The position numbers and the translations under genes were made by a program. Below are positions 27,099-35,890 of a stretch of 64,000 nt of DNA, piece by piece. Below the pieces are notes generated by a model. It did not search any database. It saw nothing but the letters and a program-made list of their open reading frames with translations, and was not told where the DNA came from. This stretch comes from Candidatus Binataceae bacterium (GTDB lineage Bacteria; Desulfobacterota; Binatia; Binatales; Binataceae), in contig CAVRNO010000004.1 of NCBI GenBank assembly GCA_963722605.1, positions 410,335-474,334 of the forward strand, written 5' to 3'. How positions within the stretch are numbered: the first letter of the stretch is position 1; every line of letters begins with the position of its first letter.

Positions 27099-29416
27099 AG
27101 CACCCGGCGGAAGAGCAAAACGCATTGCCGCGCGGCGACGGCGAGCAGCGAGGGATTGCCCGGCGCGATTTCCTCAAGCTGGCCGGCGCAGGCACGGTCG
27201 CGGCCGCGGTCGCCTCGACCGCGGTGGCGCACGCTGTTTCCGGCGCGCTGGAGGTCCGCGAGGACGAGTTTCCGCAGGGCGGGCCGGAATCCGTCATGGT
27301 GTCGCTGTGCGGGATGTGCCCGCAGCGATGTTCGATGACGGTGCGCGAAATCTCAGACCGGGCGGTTGCGGTCAAGGGCAATCCGCTCGATCCCAGCAAT
27401 CGCGGCGGCCTATGCCCGGTGGGCCAAGCCATCCTGCAACTGGTCTACAACCCCGACCGGGTGCGCAGTCCGATGGTGCGGGAGGGCGATCCAAATGCTC
27501 CGCGATGGCGCGAGATAAGCTGGGCCGAGGCGATCGCGCTGATCAAGAGCCGGCTTGAGGCGATCCGCTCCGGCGCCGGAGCGCATACCGTGGTGGCAAT
27601 CGGCGATGGCACGTCGGAGTTGTCGGGACTGATGATGGCGCGATTGCTGCGCGCCTATGGCTCGGCGAATTTCATCGCCGACGAGTCCGCACAGCCTTCG
27701 CACGGGCAGGATTTGACCCAGGCCATCAATGGCCGGGTGGCCTACGATTTCGAGAACAGCCGCTACATCCTGAGCTTTGCCGCACCGTTGGTGGAAGCCT
27801 GGATGTCGCCGGTGCGCCAGATGCGCGACATCGCGGATTTTCGCGCAGGATGGCTCGGCGAGCGCGGCAAGCTGGTGCAGATCGAGAGCCGCCTTTCAGC
27901 TACCGCGGCCAAGGCCGACGAGTGGATCCGGGTGAACCCCGGCACCGAGGGTGTGCTGGCGCTCGGGATCGCCGGCGTGCTGGTCAGATACCAGTTGTAC
28001 GACGCCGGGTTCGTGAAAGACCATGTGGCCGGCTTTGAGAATCCGCCCAATGAGAAATCGGTGCGCGGCCTGCGCGAGGTGGTCCTCCAAGACTATGATC
28101 CCGCCAAAGTTGCGGCCATCACCGGCGTCTCCAGCGAAGTGATCGTCCGGCTGGCGCATGAGTTTGCCCAGATGCGGCCCGCGCTGGCGGTGCCGCCGGG
28201 AGCGCGCCCCGGACGCCAAGACAAAGACTTTTTGGATGCGGCCACCCAGGCGCTGAACGCGCTGTCCGGCGCGATCGACCGGCCCGGGGGAGTGTTGGTA
28301 AACCGCGAACCGCCGCTGGCAGCCTGGGCGCCAATCAAACCGCAGCCTGATCAAGCCAAGCAGCCGCCCCTGCTCAAATTAAGCGAGCTTGCCGCCGCTG
28401 CCGAGGGGGGACATCCGTACCTTCCGAGCGCAGTGTTCGTGCTCGGGACCAATCCATTGTTCGGTTCCCAACCGATCCGGCCGGACGTGTTTGACCGGAT
28501 TCCATTCAAAGTCGCCTTCACAACGCTGCTCGACGAAACCGCGGCCCACGCCGACCTGGTGCTGCCCGACTGCACTTCGCTGGAGCGATGGGAAATCCGC
28601 ACGGCGACCCCGGGATATGCCCTGACCTCGGTCGGAGTTGGCAGCCCGGCGATCGCTCCCCTTTACGGTTCGCGCCCGGCGGCACAGGTGATCCTGGACC
28701 TGGCAAAGGCGATGGGAGGCGAGGTGGCCGGCGCGCTGGCGTGGAGTGATCCGGGCCAGGCGGTGAAGGAAATGCTTGTGGGGCTGCATGGCGCTGCGCA
28801 CGGCGAGATTTTCTCCGAGCGCTTCCGCCGCGAATACACGCGCCCGGAAATGAGGGCGTGGGGCTGGCCGGCGGATGCTTCGATCAAGCGTGATGAATTC
28901 GTTGAGCTGGTCATCAAACGCGGCGGCTGGATGGACCCGCGCTATTCGTTCGGAGACTACCAGTCGGTCTTGAAGACTCGGTCGGGCAAATTCGAGATGC
29001 CGGAGTTGCTGGGCTCCCCACCGCCGGTGGTTGCAGGCCAGCCCGGCTATCCGTTGGACCTCAATTTTTTCCAGCCGATCGCCTTGATGAGCACCATGGG
29101 GGCAAATCTGCCATACTTGCAGGAGGTGGCGGGCGCTCCCGAGGACTGGCCATGGGATTCTTACATAGAGATCAACCCTGCCACCGCTACCGCGCTCGGA
29201 ATCGACGACGGCGACTGGGTGGTGGTGGTATCGCCCATCGCGCAGATCGAACTGCAAGCTCACCTCTATCCGGGAGCGATGCCCAACGTGGTGAACATAC
29301 CGCTCGGCCAAGGGCATACTTCCCTGGGCCATTGGGCTAGCGGGCGCGGCGTCAACCCGTTCAAGCTGCTGCCCGAGGGCGGCGGCCCAGTGAAAGTGCG
29401 GATCGTAAAGAGATAG
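27095..29416 (+). CDS. molybdopterin-oxidoreductase-family large subunit (PsrA/ActB1/QrcB-like), Tat-exported
   Basis: Starts MKHPAEEQ… (ATGA overlap). Tat motif RRDFLKLAGAGTVAAAVA, N-terminal C-x2-C-x3-C…C cluster motif (SLCGMCPQRCS…GGLCPVGQ), ~770 aa with the CISM/DMSO-reductase-family fold. Confidence 0.75.
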   Translation: MKHPAEEQNALPRGDGEQRGIARRDFLKLAGAGTVAAAVASTAVAHAVSGALEVREDEFPQGGPESVMVSLCGMCPQRCSMTVREISDRAVAVKGNPLDPSNRGGLCPVGQAILQLVYNPDRVRSPMVREGDPNAPRWREISWAEAIALIKSRLEAIRSGAGAHTVVAIGDGTSELSGLMMARLLRAYGSANFIADESAQPSHGQDLTQAINGRVAYDFENSRYILSFAAPLVEAWMSPVRQMRDIADFRAGWLGERGKLVQIESRLSATAAKADEWIRVNPGTEGVLALGIAGVLVRYQLYDAGFVKDHVAGFENPPNEKSVRGLREVVLQDYDPAKVAAITGVSSEVIVRLAHEFAQMRPALAVPPGARPGRQDKDFLDAATQALNALSGAIDRPGGVLVNREPPLAAWAPIKPQPDQAKQPPLLKLSELAAAAEGGHPYLPSAVFVLGTNPLFGSQPIRPDVFDRIPFKVAFTTLLDETAAHADLVLPDCTSLERWEIRTATPGYALTSVGVGSPAIAPLYGSRPAAQVILDLAKAMGGEVAGALAWSDPGQAVKEMLVGLHGAAHGEIFSERFRREYTRPEMRAWGWPADASIKRDEFVELVIKRGGWMDPRYSFGDYQSVLKTRSGKFEMPELLGSPPPVVAGQPGYPLDLNFFQPIALMSTMGANLPYLQEVAGAPEDWPWDSYIEINPATATALGIDDGDWVVVVSPIAQIELQAHLYPGAMPNVVNIPLGQGHTSLGHWASGRGVNPFKLLPEGGGPVKVRIVKR

Positions 29417-29424
29417 GAATTAGT

Positions 29425-30123
29425 ATGGGACAGTCGATGCCGCGATGGGGAATGGTGATCGATCTCGACCGGTGCACCGGATGCCGCGGGTGCGTGGTCG
29501 CCTGCAAGCAGGAGAACAACATCGCCCCCTCGACCCAGGAACAAGCTGAGTCCAGCCGCATGATCTCGTGGATCAACGTGATCACGGTGATGGAAGGCGA
29601 TTACCCGGACGCCAAGCTGCGGATGCTTCCGATGCTGTGCCAGCAGTGCGAAAATCCCCCGTGTGTGCGGGTGTGTCCGGTCGGAGCGACCCAGAAGAGT
29701 TTGCAGGGGATCGTCGGCCAGATTTACCCGCGGTGCATCGGCTGCCGTTACTGCGCCTCCGCCTGCCCGTACCAGGTCAAGTACTTCAACTGGTTCCCGC
29801 CCAGTTGGCCGCGCGAATTTAAGCAATCGCTGAATCCCGACGTATCTGTGCGGCCCAAGGGAGTGATCGAGAAGTGCACGTTTTGCGTTCAGCGCCTTCA
29901 GCGCGCCCGCGATCAGGCCGCCTTCGAAGGGCGCAAGGTGCGCAGCGAAGGCGAGTTCGTTCCGGCGTGCGTGGAAAGCTGCCCGGCCAAGGCGATGTAT
30001 TTCGGCGACCTCGACGATCACACGACCGAAGTCGCCCACCTATCGCGCGACTCGCGAGCCTTTCGGGTAATGGACGAGCTGGGGACCGCGCCAAACATCA
30101 TTTACTTAAAAGAGAGCACCTAG
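29425..30123 (+). CDS. 4Fe-4S ferredoxin-type subunit (PsrB/NrfC/ActB2/QrcC-like)
   Basis: Four Cys clusters (CTGCRGCVVAC, CQQCENPPCVRVC, CIGCRYCASAC, CTFC…C…C). Confidence 0.8.
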   Translation: MGQSMPRWGMVIDLDRCTGCRGCVVACKQENNIAPSTQEQAESSRMISWINVITVMEGDYPDAKLRMLPMLCQQCENPPCVRVCPVGATQKSLQGIVGQIYPRCIGCRYCASACPYQVKYFNWFPPSWPREFKQSLNPDVSVRPKGVIEKCTFCVQRLQRARDQAAFEGRKVRSEGEFVPACVESCPAKAMYFGDLDDHTTEVAHLSRDSRAFRVMDELGTAPNIIYLKEST

Positions 30124-31479
30124 GTGGAAAACCGCGATTCAGAGCAAGATGCGATTCTCTTCGAGCCGGTGCTAAAGACCGGGCCCGGATATTGGCTCTT
30201 GATCTTTGTGTTGGTCAGTATCGTCTTGTGGGCGGTGTATGCATACGTGACCCAGTTTCGCCTGGGGCTGGGGGTTACAGGGCTCAACCGGCCCGTATAC
30301 TGGGGCTTCTACATTACCAATTTCGTCTTTTTTGTCGGTATCAGCCATGCCGGGACGCTGATTTCGGCGATTTTGCGGCTATGCCAGGCCGAATGGCGCC
30401 GGCCGATAACCAGGATGGCCGAGGCGATTACGGTGCTGGTCCTGTTTTTCGGCGCCGGCAACATCCTGCTCGACCTCGGGCGGCCGGACCGGCTGCTTTA
30501 CATGTTCCGTTACGGTCACCTCACTTCGCCCCTCATGTGGGACTGTATCAGCATCACGATCTATCTCTGCGGCAGCACGACCTATTTGTACGTCGCGATG
30601 ATTCCCGACCTGGCGCTCTTGCGCGACCGGATCACGGATTGGCGCCAGCCGATCTATCAGGTGCTCGCGCTGGGATGGAACGGAAGCCATGAGCAGGAGC
30701 AGCGGCTGCAGACCGCGATTGCGATCCTGGCGATCGCCGTCATTCCGATTGCGGTTTCCGTCCATACGGTGGTGTCGTGGGTATTTGCGATGACGATCCA
30801 GCCGATGTGGCACTCGAGTATTTTTGGGCCCTATTTTGTGGTGGGCGCGATTTACTCGGGCATCGCGGCGCTGATGCTGACGATGATTCTGCTGCGCAAA
30901 ATTTACCATCTGGAAGACTACCTGAAGGAAATCCACTTCGAGTATCTCGGCGAGTTGCTGCTGGCCATGTGTCTCTTATGGTTCTACTTCACGTTCGCCG
31001 AGTACCTGACGGCATTCTACGGGCGCGAGCCGGTCGAGATGAAGATCTTCTGGGCGAAGGTGACGGGACACTATGCGCCATACTTCTGGACGATGGTGGT
31101 GACAGACTTTGTCATTCCCCTGTCGATCCTGTGCAACGGCAAGACGCGCAAGATTCCCGGAATCGCGGTGGCCTCGGTATCGGTGTGCATCGGCATGTGG
31201 CTGGAGCGTTTCACGATCGTCGTGCCAACCCTGGTCAATCCGCGCCTGCCTTGGGCGCGGGGTTCGTATGCCCCGTCCTGGGTGGAGATTTCGCTGTTTG
31301 CCGGTTTCATCGCGGGATTTATCCTGCTTTATGCGATTTTCATCAAACTGTTCCCGATCATTTCCATTTGGGAAATACGCGAGGGACGCGAGCAAGGTGT
31401 CGCGGAAGTCACCGAGCGGTTACGCGGCTACCTGCCGGGCGACGGCGGGCTTGACCAGCCTGCTAAAGCCGGATCCTGA
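30124..31479 (+). CDS. NrfD/PsrC-family polytopic membrane quinone-interacting subunit (ActC/QrcD-like)
   Basis: GTG start directly after the upstream TAG. …GLGVTGLNRPVYWGFYITNFVFFVGISHAGTLISA… NrfD signature, ~10 TM, 451 aa. Confidence 0.8.
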   Translation: MENRDSEQDAILFEPVLKTGPGYWLLIFVLVSIVLWAVYAYVTQFRLGLGVTGLNRPVYWGFYITNFVFFVGISHAGTLISAILRLCQAEWRRPITRMAEAITVLVLFFGAGNILLDLGRPDRLLYMFRYGHLTSPLMWDCISITIYLCGSTTYLYVAMIPDLALLRDRITDWRQPIYQVLALGWNGSHEQEQRLQTAIAILAIAVIPIAVSVHTVVSWVFAMTIQPMWHSSIFGPYFVVGAIYSGIAALMLTMILLRKIYHLEDYLKEIHFEYLGELLLAMCLLWFYFTFAEYLTAFYGREPVEMKIFWAKVTGHYAPYFWTMVVTDFVIPLSILCNGKTRKIPGIAVASVSVCIGMWLERFTIVVPTLVNPRLPWARGSYAPSWVEISLFAGFIAGFILLYAIFIKLFPIISIWEIREGREQGVAEVTERLRGYLPGDGGLDQPAKAGS

Positions 31480-31559
31480 TCGGAATATCGAGGCTTGGAC
31501 ACGGGAGGCTTGCGCGCGCCGGCTGCGCGCGCTGGGCACTCCCCGCAACGGGAGATAAT

Positions 31560-31955
31560 GTGAAGCGGTTGGCAATTACAGCGGCAAGCCTGACGATCGC
31601 GGGCGCTCTACTACTGGCCGCCACCGGTCCGTGCATCGCGCAGGACTTGGCGGCGGCAAAGGGCAAATTCGATTCTCTCTGCGTCAAATGCCACGGAGTG
31701 TCCGCAAAGGGTGACGGGCCTGCGGCCGCGACGCTGGTGACCAAACCGGGAGACCTGACGGATTGCACCAAGATGCGTGAGGTTACCGACGACACGCTCT
31801 TCAAGATCATCAAAGATGGCGGCTCGGTGGCCGGTTTCGACCAGGCGATGCAAGGGTTCAGCGAGGGATTGAGCGACGACGAAATCAGGGGTCTAGTCGC
31901 CTACATCCGCAATTTCTGCGACCACCCGACGCCCGTCGCCGCAAGCCAACGCTAG
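31560..31955 (+). CDS. periplasmic monoheme class I cytochrome c (paralog 4, ActE position)
   Basis: GTG start with GGGAGA RBS, signal peptide, CVKCHG, …GDLTDCTKMREVTDD…LVAYIRNFCDH. Confidence 0.75.
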   Translation: MKRLAITAASLTIAGALLLAATGPCIAQDLAAAKGKFDSLCVKCHGVSAKGDGPAAATLVTKPGDLTDCTKMREVTDDTLFKIIKDGGSVAGFDQAMQGFSEGLSDDEIRGLVAYIRNFCDHPTPVAASQR

Positions 31956-32054
31956 CGGATTAAGCGGCGGGCGGGGCGCCAGTCGCGCTGATTTCCTGTT
32001 TCATTCCCGGCCTTTGCGCCCAGATCGCGCCCTCCATCTCCTCGATCGGAAAAT

Positions 32055-32092
32055 AAAAAGGGCCGCGGGATTTTCGCCCGCGGCCCTTTTGG
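32055..32092. terminator. bidirectional intrinsic terminator between convergent operons
   Basis: AAAAGGGCCGCGGG-attttcg-CCCGCGGCCCTTTT, perfect 10 bp GC stem flanked by A/T runs on both sides. Confidence 0.7.
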
Positions 32093-32124
32093 AAATCGGC
32101 CTTTTGACGGTTCACAAGACCGCG

Positions 32125-33480
32125 TCACCCGGGCGGGCGAACGGTCTCTCCACCCAGGTAGAACTGGTGCTGCGCTGCGGCGGCGCCGGCGAACCCGTAG
32201 CCTGCGCGTTCCTGCTCTTGCACCGTTCGCGCCCTGCGCGGCGGGATGCCGAAGACCAGGCCCATCCCCGCCAGAAACACCAGGCAACCAAGCGAGTACA
32301 CCCCGGCCATCAGCGACCATTCCAGCGTTGTTGGCGCGTAGGAGGAGACGGCGCCCGTGAAAGCGGCGGGCCGCATCAACGAAGGCAGCAGCAGGTAGAG
32401 GCGCTCGGCAAACACCCCCACGACCACCAGCAGCGAGGCTACTCCGATGGTGGCGGTCGCCCGCTTGCTCTTCGGTAGCCCGAGCAACAAAAGCGGGATC
32501 AGCAGGCCTACGACCGCGTCGAACCAGAAGATCTTGGAGAAGCGGCCGAAGAGCAGCTCGTTGAACACCGCAAGGTGGGGCACGGTTCCCGAGTATCCGA
32601 CGGTCAGAAATTCGGTGAAGATCATATACATCAGCACCAGGATCGCGACAATCAAGTACCGCGCCAGCATCCGTACGGATTCTTCAGCGACCGGAAACTT
32701 AAACAACCGGCGCCCAACGATCATCGACAGCATGACCATGGCAAACCCCGAGACCAGCGCGGAGGCAATGAACAGGGGCGCCAGGATCGAGGTGTTCCAG
32801 CCGGGCTGGCCTTTTACCAGTCCCAGAATCCATGCGGTCACGGAATGGAGCGCCACCGCGGCCGGGACCGAAATGATCGCAAGCACGCTCAGGCAGCGAT
32901 GGTCCCATTCCAGGGAGCGGGGAGAGAGGCTGGTGTGGCCCAGAGTTGCCAACTCCACCAGGGGACGCAGCGACGGATGATCCTGGAGGCGTTGCACCAA
33001 CTGCTGGCGCGCGCTGAAGTACAACAGCGCGAGACACAGAATCAGGTAGCATGAGATCACGGAGCAATCCCACAATAGCGGCGATTCAATGTTCGGGTGG
33101 CGAAACACGTTGAGCATGTACAGCGGCCGTCCGAGATCCATGATGATGAAGCAAGCGGCCAGGACGAGGAAGCTCGCCGCCAGAATTTCAGACATTATCG
33201 CAACCGGCTTCATCTCTTTCTTGTCGAGCAGATGGACCAGCGCGGAAACTGCTATTCCGCCGGCGCTCAAGCCGACGCAGAATATGAAATTGGCGATATA
33301 CAGGCCCCAGAACACTGGTCGGTTGAGCCCCGTCACTCCCAGCCCCTCAGTGAACTGCTGGGAGTACATGTAAATGGCCCAGCCAATCAGCGCCCCGAAA
33401 ACCGCTGCCGCGGCCCAATAGGGGGTCCGGCTGCCTCTTGGGACGTCCATCGTCCCATTCAATTGGTCATTGTAATTCAT
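32125..33480 (-). CDS. second NrfD-family polytopic membrane protein (ActF-like), no partner Mo/FeS genes
   Basis: Starts MNYNDQLNG… (ATG 33480, GAGGAGAAAGGGA RBS). …GLGVTGLNRPVFWGLYIANFIFCVGLSAGGIAVSA… paralogous to 30124..31479. Confidence 0.75.
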   Translation of the reverse strand: MNYNDQLNGTMDVPRGSRTPYWAAAAVFGALIGWAIYMYSQQFTEGLGVTGLNRPVFWGLYIANFIFCVGLSAGGIAVSALVHLLDKKEMKPVAIMSEILAASFLVLAACFIIMDLGRPLYMLNVFRHPNIESPLLWDCSVISCYLILCLALLYFSARQQLVQRLQDHPSLRPLVELATLGHTSLSPRSLEWDHRCLSVLAIISVPAAVALHSVTAWILGLVKGQPGWNTSILAPLFIASALVSGFAMVMLSMIVGRRLFKFPVAEESVRMLARYLIVAILVLMYMIFTEFLTVGYSGTVPHLAVFNELLFGRFSKIFWFDAVVGLLIPLLLLGLPKSKRATATIGVASLLVVVGVFAERLYLLLPSLMRPAAFTGAVSSYAPTTLEWSLMAGVYSLGCLVFLAGMGLVFGIPPRRARTVQEQERAGYGFAGAAAAQHQFYLGGETVRPPG

Positions 33481-33491
33481 TCCCTTTCTCC

Positions 33492-33674
33492 TCAACCGCT
33501 GACGGCTGCCAGCACCAGCACTCCCATCGCTGCCGCCGTCAATAACACGGACAGTCCGATCAGGATGTTAATGACCACGAAGAAAGTTCGGCCTTCATCA
33601 GCATGCGCGGCGTCGCTAACATGCGTGGCACCGCTAACATGTGCGGCGGCGTTAAGATGCGTGGCGGCGTTCAT
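33492..33674 (-). CDS. small single-TM protein with His-repeat N-terminal tail
   Basis: MNAATHLNAAAHVSGATHVSDAAHADEGRTFFVVINILIGLSVLLTAAAMGVLVLAAVSG; ATGA overlap with the upstream gene. Three roughly 18 nt DNA repeats encode the A(A/T)H(V/A)S units. Confidence 0.5.
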   Translation of the reverse strand: MNAATHLNAAAHVSGATHVSDAAHADEGRTFFVVINILIGLSVLLTAAAMGVLVLAAVSG

Positions 33675-33931
33675 CGTCCTGCCGCCGCTGTCCTATGAAC
33701 ATTTCCGAGTCCCGAAGCCGACCCTCGATGGGCGCCTGTCGCCATCCCGTGCGCGCCTCGCAGCGTGAATACCGCTGCAACAGCGAGCGGGGCAACGGCG
33801 ATCAATCCCATCTGGCCCACGACTGCCCAGTCCACGTATCCATACTGGTAGGTGCTGAGCAGCACGGTCAGGACGTTGATCCAGACGAAGATCGCAACGG
33901 CGATCCCAACGGCAGTTCTTTTGGCGTTCAT
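33671..33931 (-). CDS. small two-TM membrane protein
   Basis: MNAKRTAVGIAVAIFVWINVLTVLLSTYQYGYVDWAVVGQMGLIAVAPLAVAAVFTL…; ATGA overlap with the cupin gene. Confidence 0.5.
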   Translation of the reverse strand: MNAKRTAVGIAVAIFVWINVLTVLLSTYQYGYVDWAVVGQMGLIAVAPLAVAAVFTLRGAHGMATGAHRGSASGLGNVHRTAAAGR

Positions 33932-34311
33932 GATCGTTCATCTCCTTGCTGAATGTCTGCGCCCTCGCGTGCGAAGAACAAGCTGACGAGCTTCGCCCGC
34001 GTGGGAGCTGGGTTCACAATTCTGTAGGGACCCGGCTGGTCGAGGCACAGCCAATGGCCGGGAAGCAATTCCCAACTCTGATCGTCTCGCTGGATGACTG
34101 GCTGGCCTTCGACCACCAGATGCCAGGAGCAACCCGCCCACAACGAAGGCTCAGCGAGAGTTGCACCGCCACCGATCTCGATTGCCAGCACCTCCAGGTT
34201 CTCACGCTGATAGAGGACACTGATCTTGGCATCCTGGCGCTGAACCGAACGCAGCGCCGTGCCGCTTCCGATTACGGGCGCCGTATGCCCAATTGCTCCA
34301 TGCAGGTCCAT
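33928..34311 (-). CDS. cupin-domain protein
   Basis: 127 aa, …GQPVIQRDDQSWELLPGHWLCLDQPGPYRIVN… small beta-barrel cupin signature; first gene after the sigma-54 promoter. Confidence 0.6.
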   Translation of the reverse strand: MDLHGAIGHTAPVIGSGTALRSVQRQDAKISVLYQRENLEVLAIEIGGGATLAEPSLWAGCSWHLVVEGQPVIQRDDQSWELLPGHWLCLDQPGPYRIVNPAPTRAKLVSLFFAREGADIQQGDERS

Positions 34312-34353
34312 CTGCCAATCTCCTCGCGTATCGAGGTACTACAGACCTCTATC

Positions 34354-34368
34354 GCAAGCAGGGTGCCA
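34354..34368 (-). promoter_or_regulatory. sigma-54 (-24/-12) promoter driving cupin / small TM / NrfD-like operon
   Basis: Minus-strand TGGCACCctgcTTGC (plus strand GCAAgcagGGTGCCA), about 45 nt upstream of the cupin ATG. Confidence 0.6.
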
Positions 34369-34516
34369 GCGGATCGAGCAGGGAGCCTTGCAAATAAGGC
34401 TTGAGATTGCTGGAGATTTTAGAGCGGCGGTGCGAGCGGGTGGGCGGTACCCTTACAAAATGTAACCAAGGCCAGGAATTACAGAAATACTATTTCAAAA
34501 TGAAACAGTCCAAGTA

Positions 34517-35890
34517 TCATCGCTCCTCTTCATCATTTTCCTTAGACAACTTCCGCCATAGGGTTACTGATGATACGCCGAGAATTTCGGCGGCGCGGGT
34601 GCGATTGCCACCGCAGGCATCGAGTACCTTTCGAATATGCTCGGATTCCATCTCGCGCAAGCTGCGTAAGGGGTTTACGGGCGCTGGCTCACGATGCGGT
34701 TGCTCCGCGTGCAGGCTCGGGGGCAGTTGAGCCTGACGGATGGGTTCTCCGGGCGTGGCGAAAATCACAGCGCGCTCAACGACATTACGCAGTTCGCGCA
34801 CATTGCCCGGCCAATCGTGGTCAGCCAAGGCCGCGAGCACCTCGGGGGAGAAATCGAGCGGCGCCTTCTTAAGTTCGTGGGCGTAGAATGCCAGGAAGTG
34901 GCGAGCCAGCGGTATGATGTCTTCGGGACGCTTGCGCAACGCCGGCACCTCCAACTGGACGACGTTTAGGCGCCAGTAGAGGTCTTCGCGGAACCTGCCG
35001 GCCTTGATTTCCTGTTCGAGGCTTTTGTTGGTCGCCGCTATGATCCGGACGTCAACGTCCATCGATTCTTCCGAACCCACCCGCTTGATCTGGTGCTCTT
35101 CCAGGGCGCGGAGGATCTTGGCCTGCATCTCGACCGGCATTTCTCCGATCTCGTCGAGGAACAGGGTCCCGCCGTTGGCTAGCTCCCAGCTGCCGCGCCG
35201 GCTGTAGACCGCGCCGGTGAACGCGCCGCGGCGATGGCCGAAAAGTTCCGATTCAAGCAAGTTGGGCGGGATAGCGGCGCAGTTGACGGTGACGAACGGA
35301 TGACCCTTGCGCGGGCTTTCGGCATGGATGAAACGCGCGATCACCTCCTTGCCGGAACCGCTCTCGCCGACCACTAGCACGCTGCTATCGGTGGCCGCCA
35401 CGGTTTTCGCCAGCCTGAACAGACGCTGCATCGCCTCGCTCTGGCCGATCACCACACCGTCGCCGAACAGATTTTGCAGCTCAAGCTTCAAATAGACGTT
35501 TTCGTCGAGCAGCCGCTTCTGCTCCATGGCCCGGGCGATCACATGTCTAAGCTGGTCGGGAGTGAAAGGCTTGGGCAGATAGTCCGTCGCCCCCATCTTG
35601 ATCGCGGCCACCGCGGACTCAATGGTCGCGTAACCGGTGATCATGACGACGATCGTACCGGGACAGGTTTGCTTGATATGTTCGAGCAGCGCCATGCCGT
35701 CCATGCCCGGCAGCTTGATGTCGCACAGCACGAGGTCCACCGGACCGCGCTCGAGCCTGTCTTGGGCGGCTTCGGCGCTGCCCGCAACCTCGACCGAGTA
35801 GCCCACCCGCTCCAGCGCCTTCTTGACCGATTCGACCACGTTGCGCTCGTCGTCAACCGCCAAGATCCTTCCCAACGGCGTCTCGCTCAT
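34517..35890 (-). CDS. sigma-54-dependent response regulator (NtrC family)
   Basis: REC (…ILAVDDERN…DLVLCDIKLPGMDG…), AAA+ GESGSGKE…GAFTGA, Fis-type HTH. Confidence 0.9.
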   Translation of the reverse strand: MSETPLGRILAVDDERNVVESVKKALERVGYSVEVAGSAEAAQDRLERGPVDLVLCDIKLPGMDGMALLEHIKQTCPGTIVVMITGYATIESAVAAIKMGATDYLPKPFTPDQLRHVIARAMEQKRLLDENVYLKLELQNLFGDGVVIGQSEAMQRLFRLAKTVAATDSSVLVVGESGSGKEVIARFIHAESPRKGHPFVTVNCAAIPPNLLESELFGHRRGAFTGAVYSRRGSWELANGGTLFLDEIGEMPVEMQAKILRALEEHQIKRVGSEESMDVDVRIIAATNKSLEQEIKAGRFREDLYWRLNVVQLEVPALRKRPEDIIPLARHFLAFYAHELKKAPLDFSPEVLAALADHDWPGNVRELRNVVERAVIFATPGEPIRQAQLPPSLHAEQPHREPAPVNPLRSLREMESEHIRKVLDACGGNRTRAAEILGVSSVTLWRKLSKENDEEER

